64,000 nucleotides of DNA from Vermamoeba vermiformis. Taxonomy: Eukaryota. The stretch is from positions 248,001 through 312,000 of the forward strand of contig JBEWZL010000006.1 in the NCBI GenBank assembly GCA_045837725.1. The letters are read 5' to 3'. Each line of letters begins with the position of its first letter. The first letter of the stretch is position 1. The notes below the pieces were generated by a model. It worked only from the letters and a program-made list of their open reading frames with translations, was not told where the DNA came from and did not search any database. Shown here piece after piece: positions 25,661-39,449 of the stretch. The position numbers were made by a program, and so were the translations under genes.

Positions 25661-28600
25661 ATGAAGAGAAAAATTGATGAATTGGGTCAATATGCATATA
25701 ATAATTATGCGAATAAACGGCAGAAGACGGAGGAGCCCGTGAAACGAGGCAAAAAGCGGGGTGTCGATCTAAGCGAGTTAAATCAAGATCAGCGGGCTGT
25801 TTTGGACGCTGTATCGGCGGGAAGAAATGTATTTTTCACTGGTAGTGCAGGTAAGTAATATTAATATCTAAATTATCAATAATATTCTTGCTGAATTAAT
25901 TTCAACTTTTCTGTTCGAATTAGGAACCGGCAAAACGTTTCTGTTGCGTAAAATTGTCGAAGTACTACGTGAAAAGCATACTAAATGGAGTGATATAGCT
26001 ATTACTGCCTCCACAGGTAATTTTGTTGATTTTTTTGGTGGCGATCTAATTGATCGTTTGAAATACTAGGTATTGCTGCTGAACAAATTGGCGGCACGAC
26101 CTTCCACTCATTTGCAGGCGTTGGTGTACCTAAAAAGATGTCTGATTTTGACAAGATGTGGTACGCCCGCACCAAGTAAGCAAAAATAATTTTTGGTGGA
26201 TCCCGATCTGTAATAATTACTCATTTACAACCGTTTAGATGGCGAGATGCAAAAGTGTTAATTATAGACGAGATATCAATGATTGCAGGAGAGTTATTTG
26301 ATATGGTTGATAAGAAGGTGCAACAGATTCGCCAATCAGATCATCCTTTTGGCGGTGTTCAAATCATAGCTTGCGGTGTAAGCAACGAATCTAACCTGCT
26401 TTAAATTTACTATTAAATCCATAATCTTATAGCGTTGCATATTTATAACTATTCGTTATTAGGACTTTTTTCAATTGCCGCCAGTCGCGAGTGTCCCTAA
26501 CGAATTTGAACGGCAATTAAGCAATGACTTTGCGCCATCTAATATAACCGAAGATCCATCGGCAAATACACCGTTTATTGGTGTCAAGCAATGCTTTGAA
26601 GGCAGAAGCTGGAACGAAACTTTTGAGCCACAAGATCACTTCGAACTAACGCAGGTGTTTCGTCAAGACGACGAGGACTTTGTGCGCGTATTGAACGAGC
26701 TTAGGTACGGCGTTGTAACACCTACGGCAGTAGAGATGCTAAAGAAATGTGATAAGCCACTCAATCACGGTAAGATCCGGATGTAGCACGTGATAACTCG
26801 AACAGTTTGACTAATGCCCTCTTTTGGCTTATAGATGATGGTATTGAACCTACAAAGTTGTTTTCATTGAATAGAGATGTTAATACGATCAATAACGCCA
26901 AGCTGCGAGAACTTAAAGGAGAAGAATTCGAATTCAGCGCAAACGACTTTTTACTGCCGGGAGATTATCCATTTATTTCACTGAAAGAAATTGTTCCTGA
27001 CGGTGGATTTTTTGGAGAGGAAGACGAAGAGGAGGAAAAACCGCGCAAAAAATTAACTTTGGAGAGCGTACTTGACGCAGCCAAGAAATGCATTGCAACG
27101 TTTTATAATAAGAGGAAAGATATGTGGACATATAGAGCAATTAAACAAAACGGAGATGAACGAGATCGCGACAGATTGTTGCAAGATCCGTTTTGGAAGA
27201 ATTCACAGGCCGTAGAAAAGTTGCTTTTGAAAGTTGGCGCGCAAGTGATGCTGCTCAAGAACCAAGATTTTTCGAAAGGACTCGTTAATGGTTCACGAGG
27301 TACGTTGCAAGAAAGTTTTTTAATCGGACATTTTGACACTCGTCACTTCTTCAATACTGCACCTTCAAATTAATTTTTTACTCGGTATTATAATATAATA
27401 TCGTATTAAAATACGAATTGCCCTATTCTTGCAGCCAAGTCTAAGTCTACTTTGGCACGTGTGATTTTATGTCTAAATCTCGTCACTGAGTCTTGGATTG
27501 AATTTTGCTTTGACACAAGAAAACTTGAAGTATAATACTATGAGAATATGAACTGATGTTACTGTTTTTCTAGGTGTGGTTACAAGATGGGAGTCGCGAG
27601 GCACGGTGTTGAACAGACTACTGAACAAATTGACAGCGCTGAAAGGTGAAAATGAAATGATGATCAAAGAGCAAATATTCAACACGCTCGCTCAAATGGA
27701 GACGCTGATGATTACCAATCAACCGCCGCACATTCCAATCGTGAAGTTTGTTAACGGTGAAGAAGAGGCTATTTTGCCTGGTACGCTACTTAACTATAAT
27801 GTGGCTCCGTTTATGCATATTTATTAATTTTATTAATTTGCAGCGTCGTTCTCGTCGGAGAATTCTCTTGGCAAATGCGTCCGATTCCAGATCCCGCTGA
27901 AACTTGCTTGGGCCTTGACTATTCATAAGTGCCAAGTACGACTCATTAATCTAACTTCAATAGTCATAATATGTTAGTATAGCTGAATGAGCTAATGAAT
28001 TTTTTGTAGGGTATGACATTGGATCGAACAATTGTGTCGCTCGACGGAGTGTTTGCAAAAGGCCAAGCATACGTAGCACTCAGTCGTGTGCGTTCACTGA
28101 AAGGTTTGCAGCTGTTGGGATTCAGTCCCGCAGTGGTCAAATCGAATGAAAGTGTTTTGAACTGGATGAAGCGAAAATTCTCGAAAAACCCTGATGGAAG
28201 TAGAATATTCATACAAGAAGAGGATAATAGTAATCAAATTACTATAAGCGATGACGAATCTGAAGCAAATAGTGCGCCAAACTTGCCTAAAAAGGAAATC
28301 ACGATTAAGAACGAAAATATTAATACAGCGAACTATCAGCGACAACTGGATAACTATAATAGACCTACTAATTATAGCGCTCAACCTATTAAGCGAGAAA
28401 AGCAAGTTATTCACGTCGACAGGCCGAAGCAGATCGGATCTACTCCGCCAGTGACAGATTATTTCTCGCAGATCTATTCCAATCAATCTAATGGCTATAA
28501 CAACAAGCCGCCCATGTCGATATTTGAAGCAGCAAAGAGTCTAAGCAGGAATGCAGGCGCGGCTAAAGGAGGCCAGCCGTGTTTCAAGTGCAACAAATCC

Positions 28601-28696
28601 GGACATTGGGCCAGAGACTGTCCGCAACAGAAACAAATGCAGTGCTTCAAGTGTGGTCAAGGAGGCCATTTTGCAAGTAGTTGTCCTAAGAGATAA
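25661..28696 (+). CDS. PIF1: Pif1-family 5'-3' DNA helicase with two C-terminal CCHC zinc knuckles
   Basis: NVFFTGSAGTGKT, TASTGIAA, GGTTFHSFAG, LIIDEISM, PFGGVQIIACGDFFQLPPV, LTQVFRQ, GAQVMLLKN, LVNGSRG, QIPLKLAWALTIHKCQGMTL, GQAYVALSR; knuckles CFKCNKSGHWARDC and CFKCGQGGHFASSC. Confidence 0.95.
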
Positions 28697-28977
28697 TTAA
28701 ATGCTTTAACATGTTAAGCGCCGGACAAAAAGTTCGATCCATTTTTGTATCTTTTAGATCACAGTCTTTTGTTCTGAAACTGCCGTATTACCGCTCTGAT
28801 CCGCTATATTTGACTATAATAAGGGTTTTACACTCAGATTTTTAATTTGGGACGTGACATTGTCATGTGTGATTCTTTTTCGAGAACAAGATTTTTTATC
28901 TGGCTTGTAAATTGTATTTATATGAAGAGAATGATATACATAGAATATTTATATTGATATATACTTAATTAAGAATT

Positions 28978-31900
28978 ATGGCGAGTCAAGAAACTAAAAC
29001 AAACCCGGATGGAGCGGTGAAGGAACTCTCCGCAGCGGATTTGCAAAAACGCGCGGGATTAGTGAAGGAGTTAATTAATACAGAAGAGAATTATATTGAG
29101 GATTTGAAAATAATTATTGAGGTAAGTTCTCCAGCAGATTTAAATTATTTTACGATTTTATTTGTGAACTATTTTCGAATTAACTTTGCCCTAATTCGGC
29201 ATAATATTATGACTAGCCTTAACGCTTTATTTATGTCGATTATAATCGATACACCACGCAAAGATTTGATTCTGCCGATAGATCTAATTTTAAAAATTTG
29301 ACAGGTATTTATGCAGCCCTTGAAAGAAATATTGAGCAAGCAAGAAATGGCGATGTTATTTTCCAACGTTGAAGGTACGTAATATTAATCACAAATAGCG
29401 GAATTAAAAAAAATTATTTTTGCGCTTGACCCAATAGATCCGATCCAAAATTTCTAACTGCCTTTTCTTTATTAAAGCCTTATTACCCATCAATCAAAGT
29501 TTAATACAGGTATGTATTCATATTATCTATATTCGCGATGGGACCTAAATTTCATTTTTGGCAGAGTTTGCGAGAAGCGGATGCACCAGAGAATATTGGA
29601 CGCATATTTGCAGAAAAAGGAGATTTATTTAAGATATACGCGGTATATTGCAGCAATCAGCCCAATATGGCCTCACGTGTTCGAGAGTTCTCTCAAAAAT
29701 ACAAAGCCTTCGCGGATTTAGTCGAGGTAGGTTTCCTTTTGTCATAATAATGGGCTCTTATTATCATTTATCGAGTATTATAGTCATATTTAATATATTA
29801 TTAATGAATAAGTGCTTACACAATTGAATTGAGCGGATCTATCACATTCTAGAATTTTCTCTGTCCGTTTAAATAATAATGTTACTGAATTGTCTTATCG
29901 CTCTTATACTAATATTTTTCTTATATAGAAATCATATGATAACCCTCGATGTCGATCATTAGGTCTTGACAGCTTTTTAATTGCGCCAATGGTAAGATCC
30001 AAAAAATAAATTTCAACCAATAATTTAATTTTTAATTACAATGCCATTACTCAATAACATTATAATACTAATAGTCTTATATATATTAACATTTATTTAT
30101 GTTTTGTAGCAACGTTTAACCAAGTATCCGATATTTTTGAGCGAAATTTCGCGGAAGACATTGCCAAGCCACGCAGACTACGAGAATTTGCTGCAAAGTC
30201 ACAAATTAATTAAGGAGATTGTTGATTTGATCAATGAACGCACGAGAGTCGTCGAAAAGATTGACCGATTGACAGTACTGCAGAATAAGTTGATCGATTT
30301 TGAATTCGTAAGTAGTTCTGGTCTATATAGTCTAGATTATATGTATTAATATTTAAATGGGAAAATAATTCGCTAATTAACCCGTTTTGGTAAAAAGAAA
30401 ATTAATTTAAGAATTAAATTCCATTTATTCTATTTTTGCTCGCTACATTTAAGTTAAACGGATTAATAGTATTATGCACCGCATTATATTAATTATGTTC
30501 CTATAGAATCTTGTTGACAAAAATAGAGATCTACTGCAACAAGGACAATTAATGGATCTTGGCAAAAAATCGAGCCAATCACCTAATGGCGGGCCAGCAT
30601 CACCGCCATTGACTTTAAACCACGCTTTTCAAAGCCCGACATTTTATTCCTTTTTATTCAACGATTTTTTGCTATTTACTTTGGAAACGCCCGACAAGAA
30701 GTACGCCGTCAAAAAAGTGGTGCATTTAATGGAAGATTACTCCAAAATAGTCGTGGTGGATGATGTAGAATGGGGTGAAGCACAGACTAGTATATTAACA
30801 CCGAGGAGCAAAGCCCCATCGAATTACAATGCAGATCTGGCGTTTCAAATTATTTGCACTAAAATTGGCAAAGGAAAAGAAAAAAAATTCAAATTGCAAG
30901 CAGCGTCAAAAGCAGATCGAGATTTATGGGTCCATAATTTCAAACTAGTAGCTAAAGCTATTGCAGACCACCAAGAACAGATCGGATCGGCAGATTCAGA
31001 TTCCGAATCCGCAACTCCACGCGGCGCATTAAGTACTAGTAGTGACGCACCTACTCGCGAAAAATCATTCAATTTGAAACATTCCCTGTCGAATCTAAAG
31101 CAAAAAATGAAAGATTTGTGGAACGACAACGGCAGCGGCAAGTCCGGGGAAATCAGTCCCCGAAATCCAACTAGTCCCCCGCTCGCGACCGCGCACCCGC
31201 ACCCGACAGTAACAGCCGGCAAGGGCGAGACGACCCCGAAGAAATTGCCCGTGCCACCTCCCGTGGCTCGTACTACTTCAGCTCCCCAAAGTCAGGGTCA
31301 AATTGCTGGTGATCGCAGATCTGGTTCATTTTTGGGTACGTACCATTAAACTCACTTATACTAGATGTAATGCTCGGCAATCAAATATTTAACATATATG
31401 GGCCGTGGATAACTGACCGTGAAAAATATGTTTTGACACGTGTCACCGATATTTGTTTCACGTGTCAAATTCAGCTCGAATTGCAATATCAGATCAATAC
31501 ATTACATTGACACGTGTCATTTCCAAAATTTGATCAATCAGCGTTTTGTTTTTTTTATCATCCGAATGGAACTGAAACCAAATCACGTGTCAGTTTTTCC
31601 GATCATTTTGATAACGCCATAGTGCTGCCTGTCTAACCGGAATATTTGCAGGCTCAGCACGTGCCAGTGTAGCACTGTCCTCAGCACCCAAACAATTGAC
31701 AGCCACGAACAACAGTCCGAGCAAACCAATGCCGCCACCACGACCACTGCGCTCTCGTTCGAGTGTCGTACGACAGCAGTTGAGTACTGTGGATGAGTTG
31801 AAGCAAGAGAACAGATTGCTCAAGACCGTACGTACCTGTGCATCCGGATCAAGATCCAATTTTTTTTACTTTAATATTCGAATTTCTCCTAATTATACTA

Positions 31901-33003
31901 CAATTAGTACAATAGTATTAAGATAATATAATTGATTCATATTAATATTTGATATTCGGAGCATTATACCAGTTATTTTTTGAGCTGAGATACGGATCTA
32001 ATTTTGGGTTTATTTTGTAGGCGTTGGTGGAATTGTTCGATTTATATGACGCGACAGAATCTATCAACAGGAGACTACTAGAGCTCAATGCAGGCACGCA
32101 CTCACAAGACATGGATCTGCTCACAATTTTGACGCAAATTCCGATGTTCGACAAATCCATTGAAAAGGCCGTTGAAATTTTGTACCGTGATTCGAAGAAC
32201 GTTGATGACCCGACCTTGCCCGTATTTAATACGGAGATATCCTTTTTAACACTATTTTTGAACTTTTTTAGCTACATCCGCAAAATTTACTTTTTTCTAA
32301 TTCCTTATTTCTTATTAATTTGACAATCAACCTTTTATATTATCTTTCTTATAATCATCTTGTGTGCTAGAGGATTAATATTGTCAAATTTAATTTGTTT
32401 TTCAACGGAAATTTTTCCTTAACAACTACGCACAAGAAGGCATTGATCGAAAAAATGTACGACAAGGTGAAGCAACTGTCCGATCTCGACACCTCAGAAG
32501 CTGAGAGCTTGAGTCTGACTTCCACGCCGCGCGAAGAGATTGCAGCCAGTGACGCACCTGTCAAGCCGGCACCTCCGCCAAAAGTGCAACGAACACCGAG
32601 GGAAGAACCGACTGGCCCGCCAGCACCACCGCCAAAAATCAATCGAGAACAACATAATTCCGCGCCTATTCCACATCCAGTATTAATCCGCAATGTCAAC
32701 TCAGCGGATGCACCGATCACGTTGAACTCGAGTGGAGATCTGCATTCTTCAGGAAGTGCTACGTACGTGAGCGGAAATATTCATTTAGAATCTCCCGTGG
32801 GATCTGTTGGCCGCGATCGATCGAGTACGATGGCCAGTGGTTTGTTGTTGGGCAATGCTAGGGCTACATTTTCATTGCGTAATTCGATGGACGATTCAGC
32901 ACCCACGAGCAGCGAGACAAGTTCAAATTCGAATTCGAATCAGAATGAGGATGTAAATGTTCATGAGGACCTCAGTAATAATACTAACAAAGAGTCGCCG
33001 TGA
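28978..33003 (+). CDS. RhoGEF (DH-PH) with proline-rich / coiled-coil C-terminal region, multi-exon
   Basis: DH: RAGLVKELINTEENYIEDL, LFSNVE, YAVYCSNQ, FLIAPMQRLTKYPIFL. PH: FLFNDFLLF...FKLQAASKADRDLWV. PxxP tracts downstream. Confidence 0.92.
31434..31592. promoter_or_regulatory. Intronic cluster of four CACGTGTCA (G-box/E-box) motifs
   Basis: TGACACGTGTCA palindromes at 31434 and 31508; TCACGTGTCA at 31458 and 31583; all lie in one RhoGEF intron. Confidence 0.55.
32237..32433 (+). other. U12-type (minor spliceosome) AT-AC intron in the RhoGEF gene
   Basis: 5' site ATATCCTTT at 32237; branch TTCCTTAAC at 32415-32423; 3' AC at 32432-32433, 10 nt after the branch motif. Removal joins the two ORFs in phase 0 (PVFNTE|KKALIEK). 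Confidence 0.9.
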
Positions 33004-33281
33004 GCAATGTAATTAAAATGTTTATTCCAAACTTGGACCAACATCGCTTAATATTCTGTATGAGGATTCGTCTTGACCTGATGTCAATTTTTTGATAAAG
33101 TGCCCTCTTCAATTTTTTTCCAAAGCGTGTCGCAAGTTGTGCAAATTTTTGGCTCCAAAATGATTAGCATCTGCATTTTGCCCCATCGGAGACAGTTTCA
33201 TCCTTAGAACCAATACCATGCTTAATGATTGCATATTATAATTGATGCGGCCTTCGTGCGATTTATGAAGCTCGCAAATCG

Positions 33282-35509
33282 TTAATACTCAAAAATTCTG
33301 CTTGGATCTGGTTGTTTCGGTTCGTTCTGTTGTTGCTGCAACGCTCCAATTCTTTGTGCAATTATATCGCGAATCATCGATACGACTTCTGTTGTGCCTG
33401 GAGGGGCGATAGGCATTTGAGTATTATAAGGCATAGGGGGTGCATGCAACTGCGCCGGGGCTGAAAAAATCTTGGATCCGCATTCGGTTGCGGGAGAAAG
33501 TGTGGTACAGGCTGTTGTGTTGCTGGACTTGGTATTGACGGATATAACGGTGCATTTTGATATGCCTGCTGATCGTCGTAATACTCATTTTGATGATACC
33601 GATTGCCCGCACGATATCTTCCGCTATTATTCCGCCGACCTCTGAATGAAGCTCGAGACTGACCTCGACCTCGATGTGGACCTCTATAGGCACTTGTTGA
33701 TGGTGCTAAAGCATCGTTATATTACTTACTGCGAATGAATTTAAATTTCACGGCCGTACCTTGTTCTTGAGTCAAATCAATCGTCTCTGGTATTAACTGC
33801 GCCTTTGCTTTATCTTCTTCAAGTTGCTTCTCCGCTGCACGAAAGAGTTAAAACGCAAAGAGAAAAAAAGGAAAACAGCGAAAATGAAGCTTACCGACCA
33901 ACTTCTTGAGGTTCTTTTGATGCGTTTTGCCATTGATGTGCATGTCCCAGTTCTGCGGGTACATGTGAATCTTGCATACATCACACAACAGCCACTGATG
34001 TTTGCCGTCGGGAGGTAATGGAACTGGTGCTAGTAGCGGCGGCTTGATCTCACCTTCTAACCAATCATAATATTAATATAGTCCTCAAGTATTATATATT
34101 ACAATCGTACCTTTCGTTTGATCAGCTTTAGTGTCGGTCTGAACTTGTGTTCCAGACTGAGGTGTCGGGGTGACTTGCGTCAGTTGTGCCACAGTTGACT
34201 GAGCATTTTTAGGCGTCACAACTGCTGTGCTATTTACAGGGACTGGCCTAGGCATAGGACCAATCAACTTGGGTTGTGAAGTGCTATTTTGAGTGGCGGC
34301 ACTGCTGGTCGAAGTGACCGGTGTACTCGTGTTTTTTTGAGCCGGTTGTGCAGGATTATTTTGTCCGCTAGTATTTACAGCATTATTATTATTTACATTA
34401 ATATTGATATTATTTGTATCATTCGTATTATTGGCGTTATTATGGATTATATCGACCGGTGAATTTTCATCGTCTTTTGACTCCTCGTCTTCGTCCAACA
34501 ATTGATGCCGTTCTTCAGGCAACAAATGCGGCGCTAATTGTTCCAACATTTGCACGTAATGCACGCGATGCTTGTGTTTTTTGCCGTTCAAATGACTCGC
34601 CCAACTGGCTTCAGGAATGATCTTGTTGCAAACTTCGCAGAAATTATGGACTTGTGTGTCTTGTTTAGTCTTTGAACCAAGTCCTTTTTGGTTATTTTGA
34701 ACGATCGGGATCAGTGGTTCGATCATGCCTAAATTAGGAAAAAATAAGTAATCTTTCGAAACGCAATTCTATTCAAATCGTATTTCCTTTTATAGCGTAT
34801 TAAGTGTAATTTATCGATTTACTATGTATAGCAAATCAAAAATACCATTTTCCTTGCGGCCAAGACCTGAATTTTCGCGCCAACCGATCCGTTTCAATAA
34901 TTGATGGCCCTTATTGTCCTCTTCAATAGGAGTTCCTCGTCTAGACTCTGGCTGAGCTCTCTTAACTATAACTTGCACTATATTTTCATCGTTGCTTAAT
35001 GTAATCGATGCGTGGGACGAATCATTTGGGGTTACAAGCGGGATCGAGTGAAATTTTCGTTTCTTTTGGCGATGAGCAGTGCTTTCATCCTAGACATAAT
35101 TAGGTGAGTATTAATATGTTGGTATATATAAAAATAACGAGACTACAGCGTAGATCCTGATATTCTCACTTGAATTCATTTTAAAAAATTCTCAAATATT
35201 AAATTACCATATGCAATGTTTCGCCTAAACACCAAGCCTTCCTTTTAATAGTCTCTATTCGCTGTTTGAATTTTTCTGGGTCAGGTGGGTCCGATCTCCT
35301 TCCGTTACTAGTGTTATTTGCATTACTAGGTGCGTCATTCAAATAATTTTGCGCTTCTTGTGCTTGTTGAATTTCTCTGCGACGTAATTTTTGCAATAAT
35401 TCTTTCTTCTTCTCTTCGAGCTTGACTCGCAGCTCGATCTCACCTAAAAGGTCCCTTTAAGAACCAAATGTGAGCAAATTCATTATTTTATAGCGTATAC
35501 GTACTCCAT
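33282..35509 (-). CDS. G-patch + two U1/matrin-type C2H2 zinc finger protein (RNA processing), multi-exon
   Basis: G-patch PIEEDNKGHQLLKRIGWRENSGLGRKENG|MIEP; fingers FCEVCNKIIPEASWASHLNGKKH and LCDVCKIHMYPQNWDMHINGKTH; RG-rich segment; ends PDPSRIFEY*. Confidence 0.85.
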
Positions 35510-35940
35510 GATTAATGCTTGATGGGCACATTCGTGTTGTTCTGTTTGGATTTGAAATTAACACTGAAATGAGTCCTGTCCTTTGAACGAGCGCTGCGTA
35601 TAAGACTTAGACTCATATTAGTATAATAGGTCGCTAATTAGTAGAGGAAGTAGCAGCTTTTGGATCCAAAGTGCAGATCTGGATAGCTCGTTTGAACAGA
35701 TCTTTGTTCGTTTATGATGTCGGCCAAATGGCTAGCCATGACTTATCTAGAAGGTCGATGATTGCAAATTAGTTAATCGTAGCCAATATTCCAATCTCGT
35801 GCGGAGATTTTTGACGAGATTGGTAATGGCGCAAAATCCTCGTTTTATTGATTCGAATTAGCCAAGTTGCACACAACAGCATTGAATTCCAAAATTGACT
35901 AGCTGTAATTTTATATATTTATTTATCCAAGTATTTTGGA

Positions 35941-38900
35941 ATGGTAAGTTAGAATAACCGAAACAGATTGCATGCAGATTTGAACTAATAAACAAAATCA
36001 GAGCTTGGACGATATATTTGATAAGCAAGAATTAATTGGCAAAGGCTCCTTCGGTGAAGTCTTCCGAGGGAGAGACAAGAAGACTGGGGAAGAAGTCGCC
36101 ATCAAAGTGGTAGATTTGGACGATGCAGAAGACGAAATTGAAAGCATTCAAGGCGAAATATCAATTTTATCACAATGCGCGTGTCCCTATATTGTCAAAT
36201 ACTACGGCTCGTATATTAAGGGCACCAAACTGTGGATTATTATGGAATTTATGGGTGGAGGTTCAGCGAAAGATTTTCTCGATGATACTGGCCCAATTGA
36301 TGAGGTATTTAATATGCCTATCATAGGCTCCTCATATACGAATTTTGAATTTTTACAATTTCGTTTTGCCTCGCGCCATCCGTTTATTAATTTTTTATCT
36401 TGCAGCCCTATATCGCTATCATCCTTCGCGAGACACTATTGGCGTTAGATTATTTGCATGGAGAAGGCAAAATTCATCGTGACGTGAAGGGTAAGCTAGA
36501 TCAATACTTTTTGTAACGTCGGTTTCAAAAAATTCAGATCTGAAAAAGCAAAATTATTTAAAAATATCTATTTCAGAATAGATTAGAATATTGCATTAGT
36601 TATCGGCAAAAGATTTTCTTTTCGTTACCCAATTCGGTAAATTTCCTTGTATTTTTTTGTCGATCGCAAATTACGAACTTGTGTACAATTTCCATCCTAT
36701 TTTTACGATATTTAGAGAATATTATTTAAAATAGATAATAAAAATCAAGCGAACGATATAGTGCTAATTAAATTTGTCTCGTAGCTGCCAACATTTTACT
36801 TTCTGCGCAAGGAGAGGTCAAGGTAGCCGATTTTGGAGTTGCAGCGCAAGTTAATGAAAAAATATGTAAGTATAGGGCCACTAAATAGCCACAAATCAAT
36901 GCTAGCAGAATTTTTTTATCAAATTTTCTTTCGCGGATGCTGACAAGAATTCTCGTAGGTCAACGCAGAACACTCGTTGGAACGCCAAACTGGATGGCAC
37001 CTGAAGTATTCAGAGGCGTAGGATATAATTCTAAGGTAAAGAGCGCATCAATATTGCTAGATCGCCGGATTGCGAATTGGCGCGATCCGAGTAAACAATT
37101 CTCAAAATGCTCATTTATTTATATTTCTGTTTCAGGCCGACATTTGGAGTTTAGGCATCACAGCTATTGAAATTGCTCGTGGTCTGCCGCCTTATTCAGA
37201 CTTGGATCCGATGCGCGCGTTGCACGTGATTGACAAAGGTCCAGCACCTAAACTAGAGGGCCAATTCAGTCCTGAATTCAAAGACTTCGTATCACACTGC
37301 TGTCAGAAGGTAAGATTAGCAATATGGTGCTTTACAATGCAAATGCAACCATTTTACTACCGGTACAACTTAGCACATCCAAAAATTGAAATATCATCAA
37401 AATATTCTCATAAATTTGTGCATATGAAATTATCGTTAATTTTGAGTATGGATATCAAAGAGAAGTGATTAGAAATTCTAATTAATTTTTTTGTTCAGAA
37501 TCCGTTGGATCGACCTTCAGCCAAACAACTTTTGACCCACCCATTCATTAAAACCGCTGGAACACTCGATAAAATGCTTGAATTAGTCGATATGAGAAAC
37601 AAGGCACGAGAGGAACAACGAAGACACTTGAGTAAGAGCGAATCCATCAACTCGATTTCTGAATCTACCGTGCAAGACAAGACTTCCGATAATGGTGACG
37701 ACTTCCCTGAATGGTAAGTCTATATTTAGTATTTACCGCAGTATCAATTGAATTGAATGCACGTGCTAGTCGATTCAGCGCAAATAGACAAAATCAGCTT
37801 GATACGGCACAAATCGATTCAAATTCCAGATTCTTCATTCAATTTACGTTTCGAATTGAATAGAAGATCTATATATCAAATTTAGATGACTAGTGCGGGT
37901 GGCAAAGCGGCAGGTACTAATTTAGATCGATTTTAGGGATCTGAGCGGTGAATCTGACTCTGAAGAAACAGACAATGGTCCTTCCTCTTTGGGCATGAGC
38001 TCAAATAGCGTATCTAGCGAGTAAGTACATATTTTGATTTATTTAAAGGATTACAATGCTATCTTTGAATCGTCGCTCGATCCAAAAACATTTTGTAACG
38101 GCTCTAATCTCGGTCCCTTGTAGTCATAGCGGTCCCTCAATCGTCATTGACAAGTCAGATGACGCAGTACCAGCACCTTCAGGCAACGGCACTACCCCTG
38201 CAGTCACGAGTCCTTCAGGTCTATTGCGTCGATCGAGCAGCAAAGGCACTTCGAGTTCGAGCTCAAAATCGAAAGATAAGCTGAAACGCGACATGTCCAC
38301 TGGTTCAGAAAAGAAGGACAAAGACAAGGATAAGGACAAGAGTACGTAGTTAAAATTAATTTTCCTTTATTCGAATCCAAATTTACGAATCCGTTTTTAT
38401 TGTACAGAGCGAAAAGAAAAATTGGAGAAGAGAAAGAGTCGATCAGGTTCACTCACTGGCGGAGATAAGGTCGATAAGAAAGCCAAGCGAAAGAGTGTTA
38501 AAGCCCCGCCTATTTCAGTACCGCCGACCAACACCGCGCAAACTATGAGCCCAACTCCGACGCGAACTGCTCCAACTGAAACCACGAAGAAGAAAGATAA
38601 GACTAGTAAGTATTAAGAATATCTTACAGCCATTTGTGAGGGTTAAAATTAATTTTTTGTTGTTAGATGTGAGCCCGATGCTGTTGCAAGTGATTTATCC
38701 TACAATGACTGAAATGCTCAAAAATACGAGCAGTGAAGCTACTATTGACGCTGTGTATCATTTGAAGAAGTACTTTGAAGGTAAGTAATAAGACTAAGCG
38801 CTTAATTTCATGACTGGATCTTTTGGTTGGATCGGATCTTGAGCTAACTTTTTCTTCGAACAGCTGCTGAGAATGATACCCCGGGCTTTGCGTTCAACAT

Positions 38901-39156
38901 GGTCTCGCTGATGATTAAGCAGTTGCAAGCCAACAACGACGGCAGTGCAAAACAACCCGTGAATTTTGTGCCGGGAGTGCCCAACCCTGCCACGGTGCCT
39001 AAACGCAGTGCCGCGACGAACTATTTGACCAAACAATGGCAGAAGAAGTTCGATACCGATGGTTCATTGAGCACTCTCGCTTCACCACGACCACCGAGTG
39101 CTACACCTGCGGTGTCGAGCAGCGGATCTCTTAAACGACAATCGTTGAAACTTTAA
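35941..39156 (+). CDS. STE20 GCK-III (MST3/STK24, SvkA-like) serine/threonine kinase
   Basis: GKGSFGEV, VAIK, KYYGSYIKGTKLWIIMEF, IHRDVK|AANILL, VKVADFG, GTPNWMAPE, ADIWSLGITAIE. C-terminal helical segment MLLQVIYPTMTEML...FEAAENDTPG resembles the GCK-III dimerisation domain. Confidence 0.92.
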
Positions 39157-39449
39157 ATACTAACAAGAATACTAATGTAAATAAACTGAACCGCTTATTT
39201 TATTTTTGATATCAAGCAAGACAAAATCATACTGATTCGTTTCCGTTTACTTCTCTTTGGTTGGCACAGGTTCAGTTTTATTTTGCCGTTAAATAATCTT
39301 GTAATACAACACAACACCTGGCACAAAAGATAGAAGAAAGCGTGTATGAGCGCTATGTTAAGTCTGCGCCGCCGCCGAAAAGCCAAAAAGGAAAGCAAAA
39401 AAAAGAAAATTAACGAAAAAGGGCAAGACACGCGAGCAGAAAAAAAAGA

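Noticed and set aside
25661-28696. Helitron or retroelement origin of Pif1 plus zinc knuckles
   Set aside because: No Rep/HUH, RT or integrase domain and no element termini; intron-rich cellular-type Pif1.
28725-28745. GTTCGATCC (tRNA T-loop/B-box-like)
   Set aside because: No cloverleaf or A-box in the flanks.
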